DNA of 64,000 bases from Candidatus Nealsonbacteria bacterium (GCA_047456305.1 CP179888.1:445307-509306); one strand, 5' to 3'. Counted from the stretch's first letter, positions 24,935 through 34,987 are shown. A program made the numbers and translations. The notes: a model not told the origin generated them from the letters alone.

Positions 24935-27109
24935 ATGCCTCGTTTATATCCAATTGAAAAGGTCAAAGATATAGGAATTATTGCTCATATTGATGCCGGA
25001 AAAACAACCGTGACAGAACGGGTGCTTTTTTATACCGGAATTTCCCATAAAATTGGAGAAGTTCACGATGGCCAAGCTATTATGGATTGGATGGAGCAAG
25101 AAAGAGAAAGAGGGATTACTATTACCGCTGCTGCCACCACCTGTTTTTGGACTCCACAAGATTTGGACGCCACCCTCCCGCCACCCCGAAAAAAAGATTA
25201 CAACCCACCCACCGCGTCCTCCCATTCGCCTGTCGGCGAACGGGTCCCTAATGAATATAGAATAAATATCATTGATACTCCAGGCCATATTGATTTTACT
25301 GCCGAAGTTCAAAGGTCTCTAAGGGTCTTAGATGGAGCAGTTGTGGTTTTTGATGGGGTGGCGGGAGTAGAGCCTCAGTCAGAAACTGTTTGGCGTCAGG
25401 CTGATACCTTTAAAATTCCCAGAATCTGCTTTATAAACAAAATGGACAGAATAGGAGCCTCTTTTGAAAAAAGTTTAGAATCTATTTTGGAAAAATTATC
25501 TCCGAATGCTCTAGCCCTTCAGCTACCAATTGGCGAAGAAGATAAATTTGAAGGAGTGATTGATCTTTTAAATCTGAAAGCTCTAAAATTTGAAGGTGAT
25601 TTCGGTCAAATAGTAAAAGAAGAAGATATTCCCGCTAATTTATTGGAAAAGGCAAAGGAATGGCGGGCAAAATTAGTTGAGAAAATTGTTGCTGAAGATG
25701 AAAGACTCTTGGAGAAATTTTTAGCTAAAAAAGAAGTTTCTATTGATGAGCTAAGAAAAGTTTTAAGAAAAGCTGTTTTAGACTACAAACTCGTTCCAGT
25801 TTTTTGCGGAGCAGCTCTCAGAAATATAGGAATCCAACCCCTCTTAGATGGAATTTGTTATTATCTTCCCAGTCCTTTAAATCTTCCACCGGTTAAGGGA
25901 ATTGATCCTAAAGATGGAAAAGAAATTGAAAGAAAACCGGAGGATTCAGAAAAATTTTCTGCCTTGGTCTTTAAAGTTGCGGATGACCCTTATGTTGGAA
26001 CCCTAACCTATTTTCGAGTTTATTCTGGTTTCTTAACAAGAGGCTCTTATTTATTAAACTCAACAACAGGAGAGAAAGAAAGGATTGGCCGGATTTTAAG
26101 AATGCATGCTTCGGAAAGAGAAGAGGTAAAAGAAATTTTCACCGGGGATATTGCTGCCACTATAGGGCTGAAAAAAACGTCCACCGGACATACTCTCTGT
26201 GAGATTAATAATCCAATTGTTCTTGAAAAAATTAGTTTTCCTGAACCGGTTATCTCTATACGCATTGAGCCAAAAACCCGGGCTGACCAGGAAAAGATGA
26301 GTTTGGCTCTAAGAAGATTGTCAGAAGAAGACCCCACTTTTAAAACCAAAAGTGATTTAGAAACTGGAGAGACGATTATTTCTGGAATGGGAGAATTGCA
26401 CCTTGAGATTATTGTTGATCGTATGAAAAGAGAATTTAAAGTGGAAGGCCTGGTGGGAAAACCTCAGGTAGCTTATAAGGAGACTATCAAACAGACTGCA
26501 GAGGCTGAAGGAAAATATATTAGACAATCGGGAGGACGAGGTCAATATGGTCATGTTTGGCTAAAGGTTTTACCAAAAAATAGGGGAGAGGGATTCGAAT
26601 TTATTGATGAAATCAAAGGCGGAATTATTCCCAAAGAATTTATTCCGGCAGTAGGAAAGGGAGTAAAGGAAGCTATAGAGAAAGGAATTCTGGCTGGATA
26701 TCCGATGGTTGATATGGAAGTTAGGCTGTATGATGGTTCTTTCCATGATGTAGATTCTTCAGAGGTCGCTTTTAAAATTGCAGGTTCTATAGCTCTTCAA
26801 GAAGCTTCCAAGAGAGCAAAACCAGTGATCCTCGAGCCAATTATGCGGCTTGAGGTTATTGTTCCTGAGGAATTTTTTGGTGATACTATCGGAGATTTAT
26901 CAGCCAGAAGGGGAAAAATTGAAGAGACTAAAGATAGATTAAATCTAAAAGTTATTGATGTTATTGTTCCTTTAGCTGAAATGTTTGGTTATGCCACTGC
27001 CCTACGTTCCTTGACTGAAGGCAGAGGAACCTTTACAATGGAATTTAATTACTACGAGGAAGTACCGGCAAATATTGCTCAGGAAATTATCGAAGGGCGA
27101 AGAAGATAA
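24935..27109 (+). CDS. fusA: elongation factor G, with a ~30-aa GC-rich insertion in the G domain
   Basis: [26 protein letters not shown]. Start taken at the ATG at 24935. Confidence 0.95.
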   Translation: MPRLYPIEKVKDIGIIAHIDAGKTTVTERVLFYTGISHKIGEVHDGQAIMDWMEQERERGITITAAATTCFWTPQDLDATLPPPRKKDYNPPTASSHSPVGERVPNEYRINIIDTPGHIDFTAEVQRSLRVLDGAVVVFDGVAGVEPQSETVWRQADTFKIPRICFINKMDRIGASFEKSLESILEKLSPNALALQLPIGEEDKFEGVIDLLNLKALKFEGDFGQIVKEEDIPANLLEKAKEWRAKLVEKIVAEDERLLEKFLAKKEVSIDELRKVLRKAVLDYKLVPVFCGAALRNIGIQPLLDGICYYLPSPLNLPPVKGIDPKDGKEIERKPEDSEKFSALVFKVADDPYVGTLTYFRVYSGFLTRGSYLLNSTTGEKERIGRILRMHASEREEVKEIFTGDIAATIGLKKTSTGHTLCEINNPIVLEKISFPEPVISIRIEPKTRADQEKMSLALRRLSEEDPTFKTKSDLETGETIISGMGELHLEIIVDRMKREFKVEGLVGKPQVAYKETIKQTAEAEGKYIRQSGGRGQYGHVWLKVLPKNRGEGFEFIDEIKGGIIPKEFIPAVGKGVKEAIEKGILAGYPMVDMEVRLYDGSFHDVDSSEVAFKIAGSIALQEASKRAKPVILEPIMRLEVIVPEEFFGDTIGDLSARRGKIEETKDRLNLKVIDVIVPLAEMFGYATALRSLTEGRGTFTMEFNYYEEVPANIAQEIIEGRRR

Positions 27110-27190
27110 ATCTTCTTCTTGACCCTTCGCTAACGCTCGGGTGGCCGAAGAAGATAAATCTTCTTTTTTTCCCTTCGCTATCGCTCGGGA
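27091..27190 (+). repeat. two tandem small hairpin-box elements overlapping the fusA stop
   Basis: CGAAGGG-c-GAAGAAGA-taaa-TCTTCTTC-ttga-CCCTTCGCTAACGCTCGGG, then GAAGAAGAtaaaTCTTCTT...CCCTTCGCTATCGCTCGGGAG. The fusA TAA lies in the first hairpin loop. Confidence 0.8.
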
Positions 27191-27228
27191 GAAAGAGGAG
27201 ATGATTTTTATCCACAATTAGAGAACCA

Positions 27229-27257
27229 TTGACTTTATTTTAAAAATTTAATAAAAT
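27229..27257 (+). promoter_or_regulatory. sigma-70-like promoter upstream of tuf
   Basis: TTGACT, 17 nt spacer, TAAAAT; preceded by TTATCCACAATTA at 27208-27220. Confidence 0.5.
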
Positions 27258-27353
27258 AATAATATAGTTAATCATATAAATAAACATTTAAACATAATAA
27301 CATTTAAACAAATATGTTTAGATGCTAAAATGCTTAAATGTTAAAAGGAAATT

Positions 27354-28553
27354 ATGGCAGAAAAAGAAAAATTTGAGAGGGTAAAACCTCATATTAATGT
27401 GGGGACCATCGGCCATGTTGACCATGGTAAAACCACCTTAGCAGCAGCCATTCTTAAAATTTTGGCTATGAAAGGGCTTAGGGCCTCAAAAAAAACGGTT
27501 GAGGAAATTGATTCAGCTCCCGAAGAAAGGGCTCGGGGCTTGACCATTTCTGTTTCCCATCTTGAATACGAAACAGAAAAAAGACACTATGCTCACATTG
27601 ATTGCCCTGGTCATGCCGACTATATCAAAAACATGATTACCGGAGCTGCTCAAATGGATGGAGCAATCTTAGTGGTTTCTGCTCCTGACGGTCCCATGCC
27701 CCAGACCAGAGAGCACGTTTTATTAGCTCGCCAGGTAGGACTACCTTCAATTGTTGTCTTTTTGAATAAAGTTGATATGGTGGATGATCCAGAAATTATT
27801 GATTTAGTTGAGTCTGAAGTAAGGGAGCTCTTGAAAAAATATGGTTATTCAGGAGATAAAATTCCGATAATTCGGGGGTCTGCTCTAAAAGCTTTGGAGG
27901 CAAAATCTCCAGATGACGAGGTAGCTCGACCTATTCTGGATTTGGTTAAAGCTATAGACGAACATATACCTGAACCAGTTCGAGAGGTTGATAAACCTTT
28001 CTTAATGTCTATTGAAGATGTTTTCTCAATTGCCGGACGTGGTACGGTGCCTACTGGAAGAATTGAAAGAGGAGTAGTCCACCCTGCAGAAGAGGTTGAG
28101 TTAGTTGGTCTCCGGCCTACTGTCAAAACTGTGGCAGTGAGTATTGAAATGTTTAATAAAATGCTTGATGAGGGAAGGGCAGGAGATAATGTTGGAGTTT
28201 TGCTTAGAGGTCTTAAAAAAGAAGAAGTAGAAAGAGGTCAGGTTCTGGCAAAACCAGGAACTATTACTCCTCATACTGAATTTGAGGCCGAAGTTTATAT
28301 CTTGACCAAAGAGGAAGGTGGTCGGCATACCCCTTTCTTCTCTGGTTATAAACCTCAGTTTTATATACGAACTACCGATGTGACTGGAGATGTAACCTTG
28401 CCAGAAGGAACAGAGATGGTTATGCCTGGTGATACGGCTAATTTAAAAGCTAAATTAATTGTCCCAGTTGCTCTTGAGGAAAAACAGAGATTCGCCATCC
28501 GTGAAGGAGGAAAGACAGTGGGAGCAGGAGTAGTAACTAAAATTGTTAAATAA
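27354..28553 (+). CDS. tuf: elongation factor Tu
   Basis: [21 protein letters not shown]. Confidence 0.97.
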   Translation: MAEKEKFERVKPHINVGTIGHVDHGKTTLAAAILKILAMKGLRASKKTVEEIDSAPEERARGLTISVSHLEYETEKRHYAHIDCPGHADYIKNMITGAAQMDGAILVVSAPDGPMPQTREHVLLARQVGLPSIVVFLNKVDMVDDPEIIDLVESEVRELLKKYGYSGDKIPIIRGSALKALEAKSPDDEVARPILDLVKAIDEHIPEPVREVDKPFLMSIEDVFSIAGRGTVPTGRIERGVVHPAEEVELVGLRPTVKTVAVSIEMFNKMLDEGRAGDNVGVLLRGLKKEEVERGQVLAKPGTITPHTEFEAEVYILTKEEGGRHTPFFSGYKPQFYIRTTDVTGDVTLPEGTEMVMPGDTANLKAKLIVPVALEEKQRFAIREGGKTVGAGVVTKIVK

Positions 28554-28622
28554 ATAATGCGAGATATCGTGCGTTCATCGTGCTCAAAATCTTGTGTTCA
28601 TTATTAAAAAGCTTCTTTTAAG

Positions 28623-28973
28623 ATGCCAGTAAAAACGGAAGTGAAGAAAAAAGAAGTCGAAGAAGAAGTAAAATCCAGGCTTCGGATTAAACTCCGTGCC
28701 TATGACCACAAAGTTATTGATAATAGTACTCGACAGATTGTTGAGGCAGCTTTGCGCTATGGGGTTGAAATTTTAGGGCCGGTTCCCCTTCCAACCGAAA
28801 CTCATAAATATACAGTGAATAGGTCCTCTTTTATTCATAAAGATTCGAGAGAACAATTCGAAATGAGAGTTCACAAAAGATTGGTTGATATTTTAAATCC
28901 TACTCCCAAAGTTATTGATGCCTTAATGAGCCTGACTCTGCCAGCAGGAGTTGATATTGAAATAAAAATGTAG
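28623..28973 (+). CDS. rpsJ: 30S ribosomal protein S10 (N-terminal extension)
   Basis: [13 protein letters not shown]...; position after tuf. Confidence 0.9.
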   Translation: MPVKTEVKKKEVEEEVKSRLRIKLRAYDHKVIDNSTRQIVEAALRYGVEILGPVPLPTETHKYTVNRSSFIHKDSREQFEMRVHKRLVDILNPTPKVIDALMSLTLPAGVDIEIKM

Positions 28974-29070
28974 TATAATTAAAATGTTGAAATTATTAAG
29001 TTTTTAGAATTTAAGTTATATAAATAGTCACGGAAGAAAACCGGGCTATGCCCGGTTTTTAATTACCAAA

Positions 29071-29694
29071 ATGGCAAAGTTTATTTTAGGATTAAAATTA
29101 GGAATGAGTCAAATCTTTGATGAGAAAGGAAATGTTATTCCGGTAACAGTTATTGAAGCAGGTCCCTGTTATGTTACCCAAATAAAGACAAAGGAAAAAG
29201 ATGGATATTCAGCTGTTCAGATTGGTTTTGGTGAAGCAAAAAAAATAACCAAAGCTTTGGCTGGCCATCTTAAAGGAGCAAAAGTTGGAAAATTGATGTT
29301 TTTGAGAGAATTTCGAAACGAAACACCTAAAATTGATGATAAAGAGCTAAAAATAAAGGATAAGATTGATGTTTCAATTTTTAAAGAAGGGGATAAAGTT
29401 AAAATTTCTGGAATCTCAAAAGGCAAAGGTTTTCAGGGAGCAGTTAAAAGATGGGGATTTTCAGGAATGGGGGCTAGCCATGGAGTAAAGCATGAGCACC
29501 GAACCTTGGGTTCGGTCGGAAGCAGCTTTCCGGAAAGAGTAATCAAGGGCAAGAAGATGCCCGGTCGGATGGGAAACGAAAGAGTAACGGTCAAAAATTT
29601 AAAAGTAGTTAAAATTGATAAAGAAAATAATTTATTAGCAGTAAAAGGAGCTGTGCCGGGTAGAAAGGGTATATTATTAGAAATTAGAGGATAA
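29071..29694 (+). CDS. rplC: 50S ribosomal protein L3
   Basis: G.KLGMSQIFDE.G...PVTVIE; FQG..KRWGF.G. Confidence 0.95.
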   Translation: MAKFILGLKLGMSQIFDEKGNVIPVTVIEAGPCYVTQIKTKEKDGYSAVQIGFGEAKKITKALAGHLKGAKVGKLMFLREFRNETPKIDDKELKIKDKIDVSIFKEGDKVKISGISKGKGFQGAVKRWGFSGMGASHGVKHEHRTLGSVGSSFPERVIKGKKMPGRMGNERVTVKNLKVVKIDKENNLLAVKGAVPGRKGILLEIRG

Positions 29695-29838
29695 TCGCTC
29701 GGCAAGCTGGTTTCAGGGTCGTTCGCTCGCCCCAGCGAGGCTCGCTCACTCAGGTAAAGACCTTCGCTCTTCGAGCTAAAGCTCGAAACCATGCCCGCTC
29801 AGGCCTTTAACTGTCCCTGAAACCACTGCCTCGCTTAA
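29695..29838 (+). repeat. family A structured repeat, copy 2 (between rplC and rplD)
   Basis: CGCTCGGCAA..., outer stem TGGTTTCAGGG/CCCTGAAACCA, CCCAGCGA, hairpin TTCGAGC-taaa-GCTCGAA then ACCATGCC, ends CTGCCTCGCT. Confidence 0.7.
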
Positions 29839-29858
29839 GGGAAGGGGATTAAAAAATT

Positions 29859-30488
29859 ATGCTTATTGAGACTTATGACCAAAACGGAAAAAAAATTGGA
29901 CAGGCGAGATTGCCCTCGGAAATTTTTGATGTGAAAATAAATCCTGATTTGGTTCATCAGGTGGTTCGCTCCCAGATAGCAAATCGAAGACGAATTATTG
30001 CCCATACTAAAGGTCGGGCTGAGGTTCGCGGCGGGGGCAGAAAACCCTGGCGGCAAAAAGGAACTGGAAGGGCAAGAGCAGGTTCAATTCGTTCCCCAAT
30101 TTGGAGAGGCGGGGGAGTAACCTTTGGGCCTACAACTGAGAAGGTTTTCAAGAAAAGAATTCCTAAAAAAATGAGAAGGAAAGCTTTATTTATGGTTTTA
30201 TCAGCTAAGGCAAAAGAGAATTTACTTTTAGTTTTAGATAATTTAAAGATTGAAAAACCTAAAACAAAATTGATGAGAGAGATATTAGATAAATTATTCT
30301 TGAAAAAAGGTTCGGGTTTAATTGCCTTGGCCCAGAAAGATGAGAATATAATTAAGGCAGCCAGAAATATTCCAAAAACTGAGACAATGCAAGCTAAAGA
30401 TTTAAATGTTTTAGATTTGCTTAGTTTTAAATACTTAGTGATGCCAAAAGAAGTAATAAAAGTAATAAAAGAAACATTTATAAAATAA
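29859..30488 (+). CDS. rplD: 50S ribosomal protein L4
   Basis: GGGRKPWRQKGTGRAR. Confidence 0.95.
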   Translation: MLIETYDQNGKKIGQARLPSEIFDVKINPDLVHQVVRSQIANRRRIIAHTKGRAEVRGGGRKPWRQKGTGRARAGSIRSPIWRGGGVTFGPTTEKVFKKRIPKKMRRKALFMVLSAKAKENLLLVLDNLKIEKPKTKLMREILDKLFLKKGSGLIALAQKDENIIKAARNIPKTETMQAKDLNVLDLLSFKYLVMPKEVIKVIKETFIK

Positions 30489-30498
30489 GTGAAAAAAT

Positions 30499-30945
30499 AT
30501 GGCAATTTTAGATATTTTCAAAAGAAAAAAACCAGAGAAGAAAAAGGAAGTCAAAAAACCCGCCGTCGTTAAAGCTTTGACGGGCAAGGAGGTTAAAAAG
30601 ATCCCCGAAGTTAAAGGGAAGCCGTCTAAAAAAATTTCTGAATTACCAGTAAAAAAAGGCTTTAATGTTGCCTATCGTACTTTAAAGATACCCCACATTA
30701 CAGAAAAAGCGGGAGATTTGGCTAAAAAAAATCAATACGTTTTTAAAATTTGGCCAGGGGCAAATAAAACTGAAATAAAAAAAGCGATTCAAGATATTTA
30801 TGGAGTAGATGTTTTAGATGTAAGAATTATTAAGATTTCGAGAAAACCCAGAAGATTGGGAAGGCAAAGAGGTTGGAGAGAAGGATATAAAAAGGCTATT
30901 GTAAAGATAAAAGAGGGACAAAAAATTGAGGTGTTACCGAGATAG
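30499..30945 (+). CDS. rplW: 50S ribosomal protein L23 (Lys-rich N-terminal extension)
   Basis: operon position; L23-like core ITEKA......YVFKI....NK.EIK.A. Confidence 0.85.
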   Translation: MAILDIFKRKKPEKKKEVKKPAVVKALTGKEVKKIPEVKGKPSKKISELPVKKGFNVAYRTLKIPHITEKAGDLAKKNQYVFKIWPGANKTEIKKAIQDIYGVDVLDVRIIKISRKPRRLGRQRGWREGYKKAIVKIKEGQKIEVLPR

Positions 30946-30975
30946 CAGTTTGGTAGGTTTGTTTCCCTTAAGGAT

Positions 30976-31755
30976 ATGACACAAAAAAAATTACTCACAA
31001 AAAAAGAACCGGAAAAAAAGCTGCTAAAATTTATAAAAAAGAAAGCAGGAAGGGCTCGTTCAGGCCGGATAACTGTTCGTCATCGGGGGAAAGGAGCAAA
31101 AAGACTTTATAGAATCATTGATTTCGGACAGGAAAAACTCGGTCTCCAGGCTAAAATTGTTGCTTTAGAATACGACCCTTACAGAACCAGTTTTATTGCT
31201 CTTTTGGAATACCAGGATGGAGAAAAAAGATACATTTTAGCCCCCCAAAATTTAAAGATTGGGGATGAAATTATTATTTCAGAAAAAGCTGAAATCCGGC
31301 CGGGGAATCGAATGAAACTAAAAAATATTCCAGTAGGAACTCAGCTCTATAATATTGAGATTGAGCCTGGCAAAGGAGGAAAGTTGGTCAGGGGAGCAGG
31401 AACTACTGCAAGAATCTTGGCTCAGGAAGGAAAGTTCGTCCATTTGGAGATGCCCTCTTCAGAAATTAGGCGGATTTCTCAAGAATGTTTTGCCTCAATT
31501 GGGATGGTTTCCCGACCCGAGCATAAATTTACTACTCTTTCAAAGGCAGGCAGAGCTCGCCATATGAGACGGAGGCCAACTGTTCGAGGAACAGCTATGG
31601 TTCCTGCTGACCATCCTCATGGAGGAGGTGAAGGTAAAGCCCCAATTGGATTAAAACACCCAAAGACTCCCTGGGGAAAACCAGCTCTAGGGAAAAAAAC
31701 AAGAAAGAAAAAGTGGACGGATAAATACATTATTAAAAGAAGATCAAAGAGATAA
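30976..31755 (+). CDS. rplB: 50S ribosomal protein L2
   Basis: [17 protein letters not shown]; HPHGGGEG. Confidence 0.95.
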   Translation: MTQKKLLTKKEPEKKLLKFIKKKAGRARSGRITVRHRGKGAKRLYRIIDFGQEKLGLQAKIVALEYDPYRTSFIALLEYQDGEKRYILAPQNLKIGDEIIISEKAEIRPGNRMKLKNIPVGTQLYNIEIEPGKGGKLVRGAGTTARILAQEGKFVHLEMPSSEIRRISQECFASIGMVSRPEHKFTTLSKAGRARHMRRRPTVRGTAMVPADHPHGGGEGKAPIGLKHPKTPWGKPALGKKTRKKKWTDKYIIKRRSKR

Positions 31756-31797
31756 ATCTCTTTTCTCCCTTCGTTCCGCTGTGTGGCGGAACTCGGA
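31745..31797 (+). repeat. small hairpin-box element overlapping the rplB stop
   Basis: AAAGAGA-taaa-TCTCTTT with the rplB TAA in the loop, then CCCTTCG-TTCCGC-tgtgt-GCGGAA-CTCGGAG. Confidence 0.65.
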
Positions 31798-31819
31798 GAA
31801 AAAAGAAAAAGAAATAATT

Positions 31820-32140
31820 ATGGCAAGGTCACTTAAAAAAGGTCCATATGTGTCAGAAAAACTTTTAGGAAAGATTAAGAAATTAAAACCAGGCACAAAG
31901 GAAGTTATAAAAACTTGGTGCCGGGCTTGTGTCATTACTCCAGAAATGATTGGTTTTACTTTTGGCGTCCATAATGGAAAAGAACACATCCCTGTTTATG
32001 TAACTGAAGATATGGTTGGTCACCGACTTGGGGAATTTGCTCTGACGACTAAATTTTCAAGGCATGGCGGAAGAATGCAGAGGGAGTTAGAGCAAAAAAC
32101 AACTGAAAAGGAAGTAGAGAAACTTAAAAAATCTGAGTAA
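31820..32140 (+). CDS. rpsS: 30S ribosomal protein S19 (C-terminal extension)
   Basis: [11 protein letters not shown]...; start taken at the internal ATG at 31820. Confidence 0.9.
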   Translation: MARSLKKGPYVSEKLLGKIKKLKPGTKEVIKTWCRACVITPEMIGFTFGVHNGKEHIPVYVTEDMVGHRLGEFALTTKFSRHGGRMQRELEQKTTEKEVEKLKKSE

Positions 32141-32196
32141 AGGAAACAGCTATCATAACTCTTATTATTAATGCTAAATGTAATTTTTTTAATAAT

Positions 32197-32694
32197 ATGT
32201 CAGTACTTGCTAAATTAAAATATTTACGGATTGCTCCTCGAAAAGTTCGCTTAGTCGCTAATCTCATTCGAGGAAAATCAGTTGAGGAAGCTCAAACTAT
32301 TTTAGATTTTACTGTAAAAAAAGCGACCCAGCCCCTTTTAAAACTCTTAAAATCTGCTCTTTCTAACGCTAAACATAATTTCCAGTTATTAGATGAATCA
32401 AATCTTTATATCTCTAAAATTATAGTTGAGGAGGGACCAAAATTAAAAAGATGGAGGGCTCGGGCCCGGGGAACAGTTGCCTCAATTCAAAAAAAGACTT
32501 CTCATATAACAATAATTCTTGATGAAATTTCAAAAAAACCCAAAAAAGTAAAAAAGGTTAGAAAGGTTGAAAAAGCTAAAAAAGTGAAAAGAATTCCCCG
32601 GCTGAAAAAACCAAAACTAAAAGCTGAGATGGAAATATCCAAACCCAAAATTGAAAGGGGAGTAAAAAGAATATTTAGGCGAAAAGCCTTTTAA
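32197..32694 (+). CDS. rplV: 50S ribosomal protein L22 (Lys-rich C-terminal extension)
   Basis: A..K.LRI.PRK.R.VA..IRGK.V.EA..IL. Confidence 0.9.
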   Translation: MSVLAKLKYLRIAPRKVRLVANLIRGKSVEEAQTILDFTVKKATQPLLKLLKSALSNAKHNFQLLDESNLYISKIIVEEGPKLKRWRARARGTVASIQKKTSHITIILDEISKKPKKVKKVRKVEKAKKVKRIPRLKKPKLKAEMEISKPKIERGVKRIFRRKAF

Positions 32695-32698
32695 TTAT

Positions 32699-33337
32699 AT
32701 GACTCATAAGGTTCACCCAAAAGCATTTAGAATAAAAGAAGCAACTGACTGGGATTCTCGTGGATTTTATAAAAAAAACTTTCCAGAATACCTGAAAGAG
32801 GATTTTGAAATTAGAGAATTTTTAAGAAAAAAATTAAAGAATATGGGGGTTGAAAAAATTGAAATTGAAAGGTTTCCAAGGAAATTAAATATTATTATTT
32901 CGACAGTTCGCCCGGGTCTTATCATTGGCCGAGGAGGAGGAGGAGTTGAAGTATTAAAAAAAGCATTAGAAAAAGTTGTGACTACGCCCTCTTCGGAATT
33001 AAGAATTGAGATTAGAGAAATTAAAAATCCTTGGCTTTCCGCTGTCTTGGCTGCAGAGTGGATTGCTCAACAAATCGAGAAAAGAGTTCGCTACCGAAGA
33101 GTATTAAAACAGGCTTTAGATAAAATTACAGCTCATAAGGCTGCCCAGGGAGCGAGGGTAGAGGTTGCCGGTAGATTAAACGGAGTAATGATTGCTCGAA
33201 CTGAATGGTTAAAGAAGGGTCGTCTTCCTCGCCAAACTCTGAGAGCTGTGATAGATTATGGGAAAGCAAGAGCTTATTGCTCTTATGGAGTGGTGGGGGT
33301 TAAGGTCTGGATATATAAAGGAGAACGCTTTGAGTAA
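32699..33337 (+). CDS. rpsC: 30S ribosomal protein S3
   Basis: HKVHP..FR......W.S; KH-domain GRGG. Confidence 0.95.
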   Translation: MTHKVHPKAFRIKEATDWDSRGFYKKNFPEYLKEDFEIREFLRKKLKNMGVEKIEIERFPRKLNIIISTVRPGLIIGRGGGGVEVLKKALEKVVTTPSSELRIEIREIKNPWLSAVLAAEWIAQQIEKRVRYRRVLKQALDKITAHKAAQGARVEVAGRLNGVMIARTEWLKKGRLPRQTLRAVIDYGKARAYCSYGVVGVKVWIYKGERFE

Positions 33338-33385
33338 GTTATAGTTGTTCTAAATGTTTTAATGTTATAATTGTAATTTTTAGAC

Positions 33386-33796
33386 ATGGCTCTATTAATT
33401 CCACGAAAAGTTAAACACCGGAAATGGCAAAAAGGAAGAAGTAAAGGGAGGGAGACTCGGGGGACTGAGCTGGTTTTTGGCAGTTATGGTTTAAAAAGTC
33501 TACAAGAAGGGTGGATTAGTTCTCGCCAAATAGAAGCAGCTAGAAGAACTATCATTAGATATCTAAAAAAAGGAGGAAAACTCTGGATTAGAATTTTTCC
33601 TCAAAAACCAATAACTAGGAAAGGAACAGAAATTCCCATGGGGGGAGGAAAAGGGAGTGTAGATCATTATGTTTTTCCAATAAAGCCTGGCCGAATTATT
33701 TTTGAATTAGAAGGAATAAAAATAACTGAAGCTCAGGAATCCTTAGAGAAAGCAGCTGGCAAATTACCGGTTAAAACAAGATTTATTAAAAGATAA
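33386..33796 (+). CDS. rplP: 50S ribosomal protein L16
   Basis: P...KHRK...GR; MGGGKG. Confidence 0.95.
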   Translation: MALLIPRKVKHRKWQKGRSKGRETRGTELVFGSYGLKSLQEGWISSRQIEAARRTIIRYLKKGGKLWIRIFPQKPITRKGTEIPMGGGKGSVDHYVFPIKPGRIIFELEGIKITEAQESLEKAAGKLPVKTRFIKR

Positions 33797-33857
33797 ACCC
33801 CGTTAGAGATTACAAAGACATAGAGAAAGCACAAAGAGAACAAATCTCTAACGGGGT
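33797..33857 (+). other. perfect 15-bp-stem hairpin between rplP and rpmC
   Basis: ACCCCGTTAGAGATT ... AATCTCTAACGGGGT with a 31-nt loop. Confidence 0.7.
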
Positions 33858-33872
33858 AAATCATTAATTTTT

Positions 33873-34058
33873 ATGAAATCTGCAGAATTGAGTCAAAAGC
33901 CAAAAAATGAATTGCAGGCTTTACTATCTGAAAAAAGAGAGAGATTGCGACAATTAAGATTTAGCATATCTTCAGGTAAAGTTAAAAATGTCAGAGAAAT
34001 TAGAATAGTAAAGAAAGATATCGCGAGAATATTAACAATATTAAAAGAGATTAAGTGA
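33873..34058 (+). CDS. rpmC: 50S ribosomal protein L29
   Basis: size and position; L.....L...L..LRF. Confidence 0.9.
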   Translation: MKSAELSQKPKNELQALLSEKRERLRQLRFSISSGKVKNVREIRIVKKDIARILTILKEIK

Positions 34059-34145
34059 AGCAAGTGATTAAGAGATTAAGTTTAAGATTTTTCTCTATTT
34101 ACTTAATTAGCTTAATCGCGTAGTCAACTTAATTAGCTTACCACT

Positions 34146-34379
34146 ATGTCAAAAAAACAAATAGCTGGGGTAGTTGTTTCTAATAAAATGAAAAAGACGG
34201 TAGTAGTTAAAACAGAGAGAATAAAAGAACACCCGAGGTACAAAAAGAGATACAAAATTCACAAAAAATATAAAGCCCATGATGAAAGCGGAGAGTGCAA
34301 AGTAGGAGATAAGGTTATTATTGAAGAATGTAGGCCAATGAGCAAAGAGAAAAGGTGGAGAGTAATTAAGAAGTTTTAA
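34146..34379 (+). CDS. rpsQ: 30S ribosomal protein S17
   Basis: G.VVS.KM.KT.VV......H..Y.K......K..AHDE. Confidence 0.9.
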   Translation: MSKKQIAGVVVSNKMKKTVVVKTERIKEHPRYKKRYKIHKKYKAHDESGECKVGDKVIIEECRPMSKEKRWRVIKKF

Positions 34380-34384
34380 AATGT

Positions 34385-34756
34385 ATGATTCAGCCCCGAA
34401 CAATGTTAAAAGTTGTCGACAATACCGGAGCTAAAGTCATCCAGTGTTTTCGAGTTTTGGGTGGTAGCCGCCGGCGTTATGCTCAAATTGGAGATATTAT
34501 AGTTGCCACCGTGAAAGAAGCTGAACCAAGGAGGATTGTTAAAAAACACGATGTAGTTAGAGCAGTAATTATTCGGCAAAAAAAAGCCTACAGGAGAAAT
34601 GATGGTTCTTATATTAGATTTGAGGAGAATGCAGCCGTAATTCTTGAAGGGAAAACAAAAGATCCAAAAGGAGGAAGAATTTCCGGACCCCTACCAAAGG
34701 AATTAAAAGAAAAGGGATTTGAAAAGATTGCCGCCTTGGCCGAAGAATTAGTATAG
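34385..34756 (+). CDS. rplN: 50S ribosomal protein L14
   Basis: MIQ..T.L.V.DN.GAK...C..VLGG. Confidence 0.95.
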   Translation: MIQPRTMLKVVDNTGAKVIQCFRVLGGSRRRYAQIGDIIVATVKEAEPRRIVKKHDVVRAVIIRQKKAYRRNDGSYIRFEENAAVILEGKTKDPKGGRISGPLPKELKEKGFEKIAALAEELV

Positions 34757-34926
34757 CAGCTTTTGGAAGATAATTTTTGGTACACGCAAATTTTTCCAGC
34801 GAAAATTTGCTCCTACTCGCGAATTGCTCGCCGCGAAGCGGCGAGACCAAGCCAATTCGCTGCGGACTCCACCCACCCGCCACCCTCCTAAGAGGCACCT
34901 GTCCCAAAAATTACTTCCCTCGCTTA
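34757..34926 (+). repeat. family A structured repeat, copy 3 (between rplN and rplX), carrying an extra CCACCC-rich ~33-nt insert
   Basis: about 90 percent identical by eye to copy 5, except for CTCCACCCACCCGCCACCCTCCTAAGAGGCACC at 34868-34900. Confidence 0.8.
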
Positions 34927-34987
34927 GAGTTTTTTTATTCGTATATTCTTATTAATTCTTAATTTACAAAGAGATGAAAATAAAAAT

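Noticed and set aside
25151-25258. The EF-G insertion as an intein
   Set aside because: At ~36 aa it is far too short, and it lacks the Cys/Ser N-junction and His-Asn C-junction motifs.
34777-34962. ORFs 34777-34962 and 54673-54930 (+), and 21101-21546 (-, two ORFs), as protein-coding genes
   Set aside because: They lie entirely within family A structured repeats or small elements. Their open frames come from the GC-rich repeat composition, and the copies differ by indels that would break a coding frame.
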